NCBI GenBank assembly: GCA_944382845.1
Contig: CALWNN010000085.1
Location: 2,150-66,149, forward strand
Direction: 5' to 3'
Length of the DNA stretch: 64,000 nt
Origin: an uncultured Clostridia bacterium
Lineage (GTDB): Bacteria; Bacillota; Clostridia; Oscillospirales; Ruminococcaceae
Shown piece after piece: positions 1 to 10,758 of the stretch. Every line of letters starts with the position of its first letter. Within the stretch, counting starts at the first letter, position 1. The translations under genes were made by a program, and so were the position numbers. The notes under the pieces were generated by a model. That model searched no databases and was not told where the DNA came from. It worked only from the letters and a program-made list of their open reading frames with translations.

Positions 1-309
1 TACAAGAAATTCCACAACGGAAGTAAGCACATAGACTCGTCAAATTCTAAACAGCTTGAATACACAAACGTATTTTATCTTGAGACAACCACAAAGGTCA
101 TAAACCAAAACAACGGACTTATCAGTCTTGACTGGAAAGGCGGAAACGGATACTACATCTCAAACGGAAGTATAGTTCCTATAAAATGGTCAAAGGCGAG
201 TGAAACAGCTCCTCTCGTATTTAAAGACGCAGACGGTAAAGCCTTGAAAGTAAACCCCGGAAAGTCCTACATCGGATTTTCAAACAAAGGAACGTTAAGT
301 TATTCATAA
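1..309 (+). CDS. C-terminal fragment of a CDS entering from upstream (beta-rich secreted/lipoprotein-type domain; resembles DUF3048/YerB C-terminal domain from memory)
   Basis: Frame 1 is open from base 1 to TAA 307-309 (...GNGYYISNGSIVPIKWSKASETAPLVFKDADGKALKVNPGKSYIGFSNKGTLSYS*). The stop overlaps the next ATG as TAATG. It is absent from the ORF track only because there is no in-window start. Confidence 0.45.
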   Translation, partial: YKKFHNGSKHIDSSNSKQLEYTNVFYLETTTKVINQNNGLISLDWKGGNGYYISNGSIVPIKWSKASETAPLVFKDADGKALKVNPGKSYIGFSNKGTLSYS

Positions 310-1004
310 TGCGATACGACAACATTATCAGGGGAATATTTTTAAGCCGTCCCAACAGGTTTATTGCAAATGTTATGATCGACGGCGAAATTCAGGTTGC
401 TCACGTCAGGAATACAGGAAGGTGCAGAGAGTTGCTTGTAGAGGGTTGCACCGTTTATCTTGAAATTTCAAAAAACCCTGCCAGAAAGACAAAATTTGAT
501 CTTGTCGCCGTAAACAAAGACGGCAGGCTTATCAACATGGACAGTCAAGCGCCGAACAGGGCTGTTGAGGAATTTTTGCTGTCAGACAAAGCAAGAAGCA
601 TTTTTCCGGGGCTTTCTGTTCTTAAAAGAGAAAAGGTATTCGGAACGTCCAGATTTGACTTTTACGGCGTTCCGGAGGAATCAGGCTATGAATTCTTTTT
701 GGAGGTCAAGGGAGTGACTCTTGAAGAAAACGGAGTTGTAAAATTTCCCGACGCTCCCACTCAAAGAGGGATAAAGCATTTGCAGGAGCTTGAAATGGCA
801 GTAAAGGAAGGCTACGGCGCATATGTGTTTTTTCTTGTACAAATGGAAAACGTAAAATATTTTGAGCCTAACCGCAAAACTCATCCGGAGTTTGCCCGTG
901 CTCTTCTTTCAGCTGAAAATTCAGGAGTTAATATCCTGTGTTATGATTCTGTTGTTACTCCCGATTCAATGACAGTGGGAAAGCCTGTAGAGGTTCGTAT
1001 TTAA
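309..1004 (+). CDS. sfsA: SfsA family protein (sugar fermentation stimulation protein homolog)
   Basis: 231-aa ORF. The N-terminal RPNRF...AH..NTGR..EL block and the C-terminal EVKGVTL....FPDAPT.RG.KHL.EL block are typical of SfsA. Confidence 0.85.
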   Translation: MRYDNIIRGIFLSRPNRFIANVMIDGEIQVAHVRNTGRCRELLVEGCTVYLEISKNPARKTKFDLVAVNKDGRLINMDSQAPNRAVEEFLLSDKARSIFPGLSVLKREKVFGTSRFDFYGVPEESGYEFFLEVKGVTLEENGVVKFPDAPTQRGIKHLQELEMAVKEGYGAYVFFLVQMENVKYFEPNRKTHPEFARALLSAENSGVNILCYDSVVTPDSMTVGKPVEVRI

Positions 1005-1090
1005 TAAAAAAGTCTTTTTTAAAAAAGCTCTTGACAAGAAAGCTGTTTTGGTGTATAATATATTTGTTTCGTGAGAAACAGTGTATATTC

Positions 1091-1166
1091 GGGAGCATAG
1101 CTCAGCTGGGAGAGCATCTGCCTTACAAGCAGAGGGTCATAGGTTCGAGCCCTATTGTTCCCACCA
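1091..1166 (+). tRNA. tRNA-Val (anticodon TAC), CCA encoded
   Basis: Cloverleaf folded by hand: acceptor GGGAGCA/TGTTCCC, D arm GCTC-AGCTGGGA-GAGC, anticodon arm TCTGC-CTTACAA-GCAGA, T arm ATAGG-TTCGAGC-CCTAT, then A-CCA. Confidence 0.93.
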
Positions 1167-1193
1167 ACAGTCAGCTTGGTGCTGGAAATATTT

Positions 1194-1228
1194 AACCTCA
1201 ACTGTGTGCAGTTGAGGTTTTTATTTTT
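1194..1228 (+). terminator. Rho-independent terminator after tRNA-Val
   Basis: AACCTCAACTG-tgtg-CAGTTGAGGTT followed by TTTATTTTT. Confidence 0.8.
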
Positions 1229-1291
1229 GCGCCAAAAAGTCAGGCTGAAGTTACAGAACCCTCTTTATAAACAAGCCCGTAAAACGGTCAA

Positions 1292-1331
1292 TAGAAAAAA
1301 CAAAGCTCTCCTTTCAAAATAAAAGGAGAGC
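1292..1331 (-). terminator. Rho-independent terminator of the RR-HK-htrA operon
   Basis: 10-bp stem GCTCTCCTTT/AAAGGAGAGC (1305-1331) with a T-run on the minus strand (complement of 1292-1303). Confidence 0.75.
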
Positions 1332-1339
1332 AATTATCA

Positions 1340-1377
1340 ATTTAAATCGGAGCAAAGCCCCTCGGCGACTTAGTTAT
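1340..1377 (+). repeat. Minimal (ends-only, 38 nt) copy of the modular intergenic repeat family
   Basis: ATTTAAATCGGAGCAAAGC-CC-CTCGGCGACTTAGTTAT. It matches the left and right ends of the 169-nt copy at 16834-17002. It lies between the htrA stop and its terminator, and the htrA stop codon (1370-1372) is inside it. Confidence 0.75.
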
Positions 1378-2749
1378 TTTCCATTAGCTTGAAAGTGATC
1401 GTAAACTCCGACTCATCAGAGGGGCGGTAAACCTTAGCCGTAATAGTATCCCCGGGGGATTTCCCCAAAAGTATCTGGGTAACGTCGTAACTTTCCGCTA
1501 CAGGCACGCCGTCCATCTCGGTAATAACATCATAGATCTCAAGCCCGCTTGAAAAAATATCACAGCTTTCGTCAATTCCCATAATGTATAACCCGGAGGG
1601 AACATTCACATCAACGGCAATTTCCTCAGTCACCGAAAGAAATTCGATTCCGATTCTTGTGTTCCGCTTGACCTCGCCGTACTTTATCAGGGAATCTACA
1701 ACAGGCTTTGCGTCGTTTATGCATATTGCAAAACCTATCCCGTCATAGCTGTCGGAAGAAAGCTTAGAGCTTATTATTCCTATTACCTGACCCCATGAAT
1801 TTACAAGAGCGCCTCCGCTGTTTCCCGGATTTACCGCAGCGTCTACCTGTATGCACCGCACATAGTCGTAGCTTGTAAGCTTTCTGTCAAGCCCCGAAAC
1901 TATTCCCTTTGAAATACTCCCATCAAGTCCGGCAGGATTTCCTATTGCGTAAACCTCTTCTCCAAGAAGCACCTGAGCTGAATTTCCGAACTGTGCAGGC
2001 ACAAGCCCTTTTTCGTCGATTTTTATGACTGCAATATCCGTAAGCTCATCCGAGCCCATTACCTGTGCATTGTATCTTCTGCCGTCGTAAAGGGTAACAA
2101 CTATCATATCGTTTCCCGCATTATCTATAACATGAGCGTTTGTAACGATATATCCGTCCTCGGATAAAATTATCCCGGAACCTCTTCCCTCGGAAATGTA
2201 ACCATCGCTGTTTATATCTGAATATGAACTGATGCTTACAACCGACTGCTCAAGCTCTTTTGCAATTCCGGCTGACGTGTAGCGTCCGTCTTCGTAATAA
2301 TATTCCCTTTCGGAAGTCGGTCTGTCTGAAAGGTCAAGAGTGTATTCGGAACGTTGTTCAAGTCCGAAAAGATTTCTCACCCAGCCGTTTCCATAATAGC
2401 TTGTAGCAATATAATTTACGCAAAAACAAATAACCACAACAACCGAAACAAGGGACGCAAACATAACTATACCTGTATTTCTGACTGGCTTTGTCCCTGT
2501 TTTTATGTCTGTGTAATTGCCCCAGAAAAGCTTCCTTTCAAGCTCCTTGGATTCGTTTTGTTCCTTTTGTCCGTCTTGCCTATTTGGCATATCCCGGTTC
2601 GGGTATTCCTCATTATTTTTATCCGCCCCGGCTGACTCTTCAGCTTCACTCCGCTCGGATAATGCCCGGTCTGAACCGATCTCGCCTGCATTACGGGAAT
2701 TATCGGCAGATTCGCCGTTTAAAAATTCTTCCTTGTCAAAAAAACTCAC
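1370..2749 (-). CDS. htrA: HtrA/DegP-family trypsin-like serine protease with C-terminal PDZ domain, N-terminal disordered tail plus TM anchor
   Basis: 459 aa. Catalytic motifs are TNAHV (His), DIAVIKI (Asp) and NPGNSGGALVN (Ser). A PDZ-like C-terminus is present. It sits downstream of a two-component system, as in cssRS/htrA-type modules. Confidence 0.85.
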   Translation of the reverse strand: MSFFDKEEFLNGESADNSRNAGEIGSDRALSERSEAEESAGADKNNEEYPNRDMPNRQDGQKEQNESKELERKLFWGNYTDIKTGTKPVRNTGIVMFASLVSVVVVICFCVNYIATSYYGNGWVRNLFGLEQRSEYTLDLSDRPTSEREYYYEDGRYTSAGIAKELEQSVVSISSYSDINSDGYISEGRGSGIILSEDGYIVTNAHVIDNAGNDMIVVTLYDGRRYNAQVMGSDELTDIAVIKIDEKGLVPAQFGNSAQVLLGEEVYAIGNPAGLDGSISKGIVSGLDRKLTSYDYVRCIQVDAAVNPGNSGGALVNSWGQVIGIISSKLSSDSYDGIGFAICINDAKPVVDSLIKYGEVKRNTRIGIEFLSVTEEIAVDVNVPSGLYIMGIDESCDIFSSGLEIYDVITEMDGVPVAESYDVTQILLGKSPGDTITAKVYRPSDESEFTITFKLMENN

Positions 2750-2763
2750 GTTTAACCTCCCTG

Positions 2764-4212
2764 TCAGGGCTTGCTTTTCAGATCTATAATAAATCTCGTA
2801 TACTTGCCTTTTACGCTTGTTACACGGATATTTCCTCCGTGAAGCTTTACTATCGACCTGACAATATTAAGTCCGAGTCCCACGCCGGTCGCGTCCTTGC
2901 TTCGTGAAGAATCGGTCTTGTAAAATCTGTCGAAAATCATAGGCAGTTCGTCCTCGCTTAATCCTTCACCGCTGTTTTCAATTGAGATTTTTACAAAATC
3001 CCCCTCCGTCTCAAATCCAAACCGGATATAGCCTCCGTCGTTAACAAACTTTATGGCGTTTTCAATAAGGTTATACATCACCTGATGGATAAGGTCGCTG
3101 TCGGCATAGACCTTGACCCTTCCCACGTCGAGTCCCTGAATGTCGATATGCTTTTGCTCTATCCTGCTCTCAAAGGTAAACAGAGTATTTGCAATAGGTT
3201 CGATAATCGATATCATCTTCATATCAGGCTTCATTGTACCCGATTCTATCTTAGCTAAATTCAGCATTGAACGTATAAGTCTTGTAAGTCTTTTTATTTC
3301 AGTTGAAATAAGACCTAAATACTTTCTGTGCTGGCTGGGAGGAATTGTTCCGTCAAGCATTCCGTCAACAAATCCGCCGATAGAAGTCATAGGCGTCCTG
3401 AGCTCATGAGAAACATTCTGCACAAAGCTTGTTCTCATCTTATCGTAGCTTGCAAGGTTTGCCGACATATCGTTTATTGCATTTCCAAGCTCGTCAAACT
3501 CAGTTATCTCATATTCGGGAAGCCTTGTTAAAAAGTTTCCCTGACCTATCTTTATAGCCGCTTCAGCCATTTCTCTTATGGGCGCCGTAAGCTTTATCGT
3601 TGCAAAATAAACTATTATCATTGAAACAAGAAGAACTATGACAGCCGAGAGAAGAAAAAGTTTCATCATGGCTCCTACTGCGCTGTCCTGCTGAGAAACT
3701 GAGGCAGAAGCAAAAAGGTAGAGAGCATTATCGTCAAGATCATAAAATCTGACTGCGACATTGTGATGAGTCGATTCAAAAAATCCTCCAAGACCCGACT
3801 GCATATAGACAGGCTCATCGGATATCTTTTCAAGGATACTTGCTTCAATTACCCTGCCATTGGTGAAGTTTGCAAGGGAAATGTCGCTTGACGCAACGAT
3901 CTCACCCCTGTCGTTAACAATGAAAAATTCAGCGTTGCTTGCGGCGGCATAGGCCTTAAGGACGTTTGCTACTTCGTCCCTCCAGATATACTCCTTATCC
4001 TGAGTTCCTTCGCTTATATGCTGAGTCCTGATGATCGTCTGGGTTTCAACGGACGCACGGTTGACGTTTGAATAAAGAAGATCCTTCTTTTCGCCTATAA
4101 AGTACTGAGAAGAAACAAGCAGCAATACTGCACCTAAGCATATGAAGCTTATGAGTATTACTGCCGAACAGATAATAAAGTATTTAAAAAATATGCTTTT
4201 GGTACGCTGCAT
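2764..4212 (-). CDS. Sensor histidine kinase (two TM segments, extracytoplasmic domain, HAMP, HisKA, HATPase_c)
   Basis: 482 aa. H-box SHELRTPMTSI, N-box NLIENAIKF and G-boxes GEGL / GVGLGLNIV are present. It overlaps the RR gene by 1 nt. Confidence 0.85.
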   Translation of the reverse strand: MQRTKSIFFKYFIICSAVILISFICLGAVLLLVSSQYFIGEKKDLLYSNVNRASVETQTIIRTQHISEGTQDKEYIWRDEVANVLKAYAAASNAEFFIVNDRGEIVASSDISLANFTNGRVIEASILEKISDEPVYMQSGLGGFFESTHHNVAVRFYDLDDNALYLFASASVSQQDSAVGAMMKLFLLSAVIVLLVSMIIVYFATIKLTAPIREMAEAAIKIGQGNFLTRLPEYEITEFDELGNAINDMSANLASYDKMRTSFVQNVSHELRTPMTSIGGFVDGMLDGTIPPSQHRKYLGLISTEIKRLTRLIRSMLNLAKIESGTMKPDMKMISIIEPIANTLFTFESRIEQKHIDIQGLDVGRVKVYADSDLIHQVMYNLIENAIKFVNDGGYIRFGFETEGDFVKISIENSGEGLSEDELPMIFDRFYKTDSSRSKDATGVGLGLNIVRSIVKLHGGNIRVTSVKGKYTRFIIDLKSKP

Positions 4213-4913
4213 TATTCTTCTTCAACTTCAAATTTGTATCCGACGCCCCAGACAGTTTTCAAAGCCCATTTGTCAGATACTCCTTCAAGTTTTTCACGAA
4301 GTCTTTTAACGTGTACGTCAATAGTTCTTGAATCGCCGTAGTATTCAAAGCCCCATACTTCGTCAAGAAGCTGATCTCTTGTGTAAACCCTGTTTGGATT
4401 TGAAGCCAGATGGAAAAGAAGCTCAAGTTCCTTAGGAGGTGTGTCAAGCACCTTTCCGTCAACTCTGAGTTCATATCTTGTCATGTTTACGGACAGCTTG
4501 TCATATTTGACTTCCTTGACTTCGTTTTCGGTAGATGTCTGTCCCACTCTTCTGTAGACAGCCTTTATTCGTGCAATGATCTCCTTTGTATCAAAGGGCT
4601 TTACAACATAATCATCAGCTCCAAGCTCAAGTCCGAGAACCTTATCAAAGGTCTCTCCCTTGGCTGTTATCATAATGATCGGAACATTTGATTTCTTTCT
4701 TATCTCACGGCATACCTGCCATCCGTCTACTCCGGGAAGCATTACGTCGAGAAGTACAATATCAGGCTTTAATGCATTGAATTTTACAATAGCTTCCTCT
4801 CCGTCATGGGAAAGAATCACGCTGTATCCGTCTTTCTCAAGATAAAGCCTTAATAATTCGCAAATATTCTTGTCATCGTCAACTACCAGTACCTTACCAA
4901 GCGACATTAACAT
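4212..4913 (-). CDS. OmpR/PhoB-family response regulator (receiver plus winged-helix)
   Basis: 233 aa. It has VLVVDDD...LLDVMLPGVDG...ITAKG..FDKV.GLELGADDY..KPF and a C-terminal trans_reg_C domain (LT..E..LL..L...P..V..R..L...VWG). AAAGGA upstream favours the ATG at 4907 as the true start. Confidence 0.88.
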   Translation of the reverse strand: MLMSLGKVLVVDDDKNICELLRLYLEKDGYSVILSHDGEEAIVKFNALKPDIVLLDVMLPGVDGWQVCREIRKKSNVPIIMITAKGETFDKVLGLELGADDYVVKPFDTKEIIARIKAVYRRVGQTSTENEVKEVKYDKLSVNMTRYELRVDGKVLDTPPKELELLFHLASNPNRVYTRDQLLDEVWGFEYYGDSRTIDVHVKRLREKLEGVSDKWALKTVWGVGYKFEVEEE

Positions 4914-5083
4914 CCGTCCTTTCGTGTGTTTTTATCTATATTTAACTTACCCTTAGCTCAAGGACAGCAGTCTTACAAAACCGCCGACCCTTTGCTTAAT
5001 AAATTGCCTTGTCCTTGAGAAAACCGCAAAACGTCAGAGTACATATTTTACATCCTGCAAAAGCCGTCCCTTTCAGCTTTCGC

Positions 5084-5113
5084 AAAGATGTACCTATTAA
5101 AGATGTACCTATT
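5084..5113. repeat. Perfect tandem duplication of a 15-nt unit (AAAGATGTACCTATT x2)
   Basis: Read directly. Units are 5084-5098 and 5099-5113, about 170-200 nt upstream of the RR start codon. Confidence 0.9.
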
Positions 5114-5855
5114 ATTATCCTCCGCCCTGCACCGGCGCCCACCTTACCACGCTTACCTGTCCCAAACAGGAGAAACCCGGTTCCTGATTTTCGGTGACAA
5201 CATACGCACTGCTTTCTTCGACAGCTTGTCCTTGTCAAACGCAGTTTACCGATTTCAAGCCATCAAATAATATGTCGCCCGGTTTGCATGACAATCCCTA
5301 TTTAACGTCATGACCCCCATACCTGCGCCCGTATTCGGCACACGTCTTTACGCGCCGTATCATATTGCACCGACAAGACAGACCCACGGCACTAAGCCGG
5401 AAACCTCTGCCGTTTTTCACAGAACCCTCTCAGACTCAGCGACATTGCGGATCACGGAAAAATGAATCCTTCAAATTAACCGCTTTTTCCGCAATTTTCA
5501 CTTTTGAAAATTTGAATAGAAAAAAATCAAATCCTCAATTGATACTTTTATTATAACAAATTCACAATAATAAGTATTACGATTTTATTGCCATAATATT
5601 AATATTAGTTAAATTTTAAAGGTTGTAAGGGGTTTTTAGTGATATTTGTTCATAATATTTAATTTTTTATCAAATATGAATCATGTTATTATAATTAATC
5701 AAACAGACAGTTTTCAAACGTTTGCGTTACAAAAAAAAGTATGACGGCAAATAATTTAACATATTGTTTTTGTTAATGTATGCTATATCGGTAACAATAA
5801 ATTATATTTAATTTGTGCAATATTACAAAATTTATAAAAAACACGCTGTAACCCC

Positions 5856-5883
5856 TTGCATTTTTCAAAATAGGTGCTAAAAT
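5856..5883 (+). promoter_or_regulatory. Sigma-A type promoter of groES-groEL
   Basis: TTGCAT (5856-5861), 16-nt spacer, TGcTAAAAT extended -10 (5875-5883), immediately followed by CIRCE. Confidence 0.6.
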
Positions 5884-5887
5884 ATAA

Positions 5888-5914
5888 TTAGCACTCAAAT
5901 AAACAGAGTGCTAA
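5888..5914 (+). promoter_or_regulatory. CIRCE operator (HrcA binding site)
   Basis: Perfect TTAGCACTC-N9-GAGTGCTAA, 60 nt upstream of the groES ATG. Confidence 0.92.
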
Positions 5915-5946
5915 ACAAGCATACAGCGGCATCTTACCGTTTATAA

Positions 5947-7914
<1,968 letters not shown>

Positions 7915-7950
7915 TAACCCGCAAATAAAACTAACATTAAACAAGCCTTA

Positions 7951-7987
7951 CAAGCCTTATCTTCTGTGAGATAAGGCTTGTTTTTTT
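7951..7987 (+). terminator. Rho-independent terminator of groESL
   Basis: CAAGCCTTATCT-tctgtg-AGATAAGGCTTG followed by TTTTTTT. Confidence 0.85.
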
Positions 7988-8045
7988 GCACTCCCCCGTC
8001 CCCGTTGCAAACGGCGACAGGATTTTACAGAACGCAGTCTTTTAA

Positions 8046-8085
8046 GGTAAAACAAAACTCTCCTCTTTTCACAAAAGGAGAGTTT
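8046..8085 (-). terminator. Rho-independent terminator of serC-serA
   Basis: 10-bp stem AAACTCTCCT/AGGAGAGTTT (8055-8085). The minus-strand tail is TTGTTTT. Confidence 0.65.
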
Positions 8086-8113
8086 ATGTCGATTTAAAAT
8101 TGCCTTACAAGGG

Positions 8114-9265
8114 TCAGATAACTCTTACTCTGATAACGCCTTCAATTGCAGCAATTGCGTCAGCGTCAACATCGCCGCTTATGTCAAGCATTGTGTAGGA
8201 ATAATCCTTCTTTGACTTGTTGATACTGTTTTCAATGTTGCTTCCCTTTGCGGAAACCTCGGTCATTATCTTTGAAAGAATCGTGGGAACGTTCTTATGA
8301 AGTATGCAAACAAGTTTGTCGCCTGTCTTTGCAAGCTCTGCATCGGGGTAGTTTACAGAATTTCTTATAGTTCCCCTTTCAATGTAATCAATAAGCTCGT
8401 TTGCAGCCATAACTGCACAGTTGTCCTCTGATTCCGGAGTTGACGCGCCAAGGTGAGGAAGAACAATTACGTTTTCCTGTCCCAGAACAATGTCGTCTGC
8501 AAAGTCGGTAACGTATTTTGCAACCTTTCCTTCGCCTATTGCCTTTACAACCGCCTCGCTGTTTATAAGCTCTCCTCTTGCAAGGTTGATAAGACGTACG
8601 CCGTCCTTCATCATTGCTATCTGGTCTGAATCTATCATGTTCTTTCCTTCCGGAGTGTAAGGAACATGAATGGTAATGTAATCGCTGTTCTTATAGATAT
8701 CGTTAATGTCTGCGACAACGCTGACATGAGGATCAAGGTGAAGGGCAGCGTTTACGGAAAGATAAGGGTCGTATCCGATAACCTTCATTCCGAGATCGCT
8801 TGCAGCGTTTGCAATCTTTCCTCCGATTGCGCCCAGTCCGATAACTCCGAGAGTTTTTCCAAGTATCTCAGGACCTGCAAACTTTGCCTTTCCTCCCTCT
8901 ACTGTCTTTGGAGCGTCCGGCGTACCCTTCAGGGAAGCAGCCCAAGCCGCAGCCTCTGTAATTTTTCTTGAAGCAAGAAGCATAGCGCAAATGGCAAGCT
9001 CCTTAACAGCGTTTGAATTTGCGCCGGGTGTGTTGAATACAACTATTCCCTGTTCGGCACACTTTTCAATAGGAATATTATTTACTCCCGCTCCTGCTCT
9101 TGCAATTGCAAGAAGCTCGCTGTTCATTTCCATGTCGTGCATTTTTGCCGAACGCACCATTATTGCATCGGGATTTGCAATACTGTCCGAAACGGCATAC
9201 TTATTTCTGTCAAAAATATCCGTTCCGCAGGCGGCTATTTTATTCAAAGTTAATATGTTGTACAT
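8114..9265 (-). CDS. serA: D-3-phosphoglycerate dehydrogenase (short form with C-terminal ACT-like domain)
   Basis: It has the 2-hydroxyacid dehydrogenase fold with the NAD motif GVIGLGAIGGKIA and is adjacent to serC. The maximal ORF starts at 9283, but the ATG at 9265 (MYNIL...) has AAAGAGG 8 nt upstream. Confidence 0.82.
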   Translation of the reverse strand: MYNILTLNKIAACGTDIFDRNKYAVSDSIANPDAIMVRSAKMHDMEMNSELLAIARAGAGVNNIPIEKCAEQGIVVFNTPGANSNAVKELAICAMLLASRKITEAAAWAASLKGTPDAPKTVEGGKAKFAGPEILGKTLGVIGLGAIGGKIANAASDLGMKVIGYDPYLSVNAALHLDPHVSVVADINDIYKNSDYITIHVPYTPEGKNMIDSDQIAMMKDGVRLINLARGELINSEAVVKAIGEGKVAKYVTDFADDIVLGQENVIVLPHLGASTPESEDNCAVMAANELIDYIERGTIRNSVNYPDAELAKTGDKLVCILHKNVPTILSKIMTEVSAKGSNIENSINKSKKDYSYTMLDISGDVDADAIAAIEGVIRVRVI

Positions 9266-9440
9266 TAAACTAACCTCTTTCATCTATTATGATATGATTC
9301 TGACAAACAGGCAGCCGACTATCACAACAGCAAACAAAACCGCAATTATTTTAAGTCTGATTTTATTTCGCTGCTTTATTCTTTCACGCCAGTCGTCATT
9401 ACGCATTATGTTAAGCGTTGAAATAATGTGAAGCAGTCTG

Positions 9441-10523
9441 TCAAGCATTTTCAGCCTCAAATTTCCTCATGAATTCAACAAGCTTCTCAACGCCCTCGAT
9501 AGGCATTGCATTGTAAATGGAAGCTCTCATTCCGCCCACCGTTCTGTGACCCTTAAGGTTTACAAATCCTTCGGCAGCAGCCTCGGCAACAAACTTCTTG
9601 TCAAGTTCCTCATCGCCTGTAACAAAAGGAACATTCATAAGAGATCTGTCCTTCTTTTCAACCGTTCCCTTGAAAAGCTTGCTCTCGTCAAGGAAATCGT
9701 AAAGGATCTTAGCCTTCTTTTCGTTGTGAACCTTCATTGCTTCAAGTCCGCCCATTTTCTTTATCCACTTGAACACCTTGCCGCAGATGTAAATTCCGTA
9801 GCACGGAGGTGTATTGTAAAGAGAATCGGCGTCAGCCTGAGTTTTCCACTTGAGCATGGTAGGAGTTCCGGGAAGAACGTCGTCTCTGATAAGATCCTCT
9901 CTTATTATTGAAATAACTACTCCCGCAGGTCCTATGTTCTTCTGAACTCCGCCGTAAATAACTCCGTACTTAGTTACGTCAACAGGCTCTGACAAAAAGC
10001 ATGATGAAACGTCGGCAACAAGATCTTTTCCCTTTGTATTGGGAAGAGTCCAGAACTTTGTTCCATAGATAGTATTGTTTTCGCAGATGTAAACATAGTC
10101 TGCGTCCTCAGGAATGTCAAGATCCGAGCAGTCCGGGATATATGAGAAAGTTTTATCGGCAGACGACGCAACAGCAACAGCTTCGCCGTACTTCTGAGCT
10201 TCCTGATAAGCCTTTTTAGCCCACTGACCGGTAATTATGTATGCCGCTTTCTTGTTTTTCATAAGGTTCATAGGAACTGCCGCAAACTGCTGAGAAGCTC
10301 CCCCCTGTAAAAACAGCACCTTATAGTTATCGGGGATATTCATAAGCTCCCTGATGTCCTTTTCAGCTTCCTTGATAATGTTGTCATACGCTTTTGAGCG
10401 GTGGGACATTTCCATTACGGACATACCCGTGCCCTTGTAATCAAGCATTTCGTCTGCCGCTTCTTTAAGCACTTCTTCAGGAAGTACGGCAGGTCCCGCG
10501 CTGAAATTGTAAACTCTTCCCAT
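9441..10523 (-). CDS. serC: Phosphoserine aminotransferase
   Basis: It has the N-terminus YNFSAGPA.LP..VL, the PLP-region motifs and the C-terminal HR..GG.RAS.YNA motif. The ATG at 10523 (MGRVYNF...) follows GGAGG by 8 nt; the maximal ORF reaches 10580. Confidence 0.9.
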   Translation of the reverse strand: MGRVYNFSAGPAVLPEEVLKEAADEMLDYKGTGMSVMEMSHRSKAYDNIIKEAEKDIRELMNIPDNYKVLFLQGGASQQFAAVPMNLMKNKKAAYIITGQWAKKAYQEAQKYGEAVAVASSADKTFSYIPDCSDLDIPEDADYVYICENNTIYGTKFWTLPNTKGKDLVADVSSCFLSEPVDVTKYGVIYGGVQKNIGPAGVVISIIREDLIRDDVLPGTPTMLKWKTQADADSLYNTPPCYGIYICGKVFKWIKKMGGLEAMKVHNEKKAKILYDFLDESKLFKGTVEKKDRSLMNVPFVTGDEELDKKFVAEAAAEGFVNLKGHRTVGGMRASIYNAMPIEGVEKLVEFMRKFEAENA

Positions 10524-10758
10524 TGATAAAACCTCCATCTTGAATATCATTTGATAAAATCGCTTAATATACTTAAACAAAAAATTAAGCCATTAAGAAT
10601 ATTATATAACTTTTACAACCGCAAGTCAAGCAAATCTACAATAAACTTAACGATTAATACAATAATACGAACGCGGTTGAAATACAGTTGAAAAAATTAT
10701 CGGAATGTGATATACTAATAGGCAAATTGAAATTAAGTTTAACATAAGGAGAAATGTT

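Noticed and set aside
5219-5240. GACAGCTTGTC...TTGTCAAA is shared between this spacer and the guaB-pnuC spacer (62546-62583), which could be a common operator.
   Set aside because: An 11-mer shared between two places in 64 kb (both strands) is expected many times by chance. There is no extended similarity around it.
5560-5870. Extremely AT-rich 300-bp stretch upstream of groES, considered as a possible DNA-unwinding element or small-ORF region.
   Set aside because: It has no DnaA boxes or repeats, and the short ORFs lack an RBS. It is most simply an AT-rich promoter-upstream (UP-like) region.
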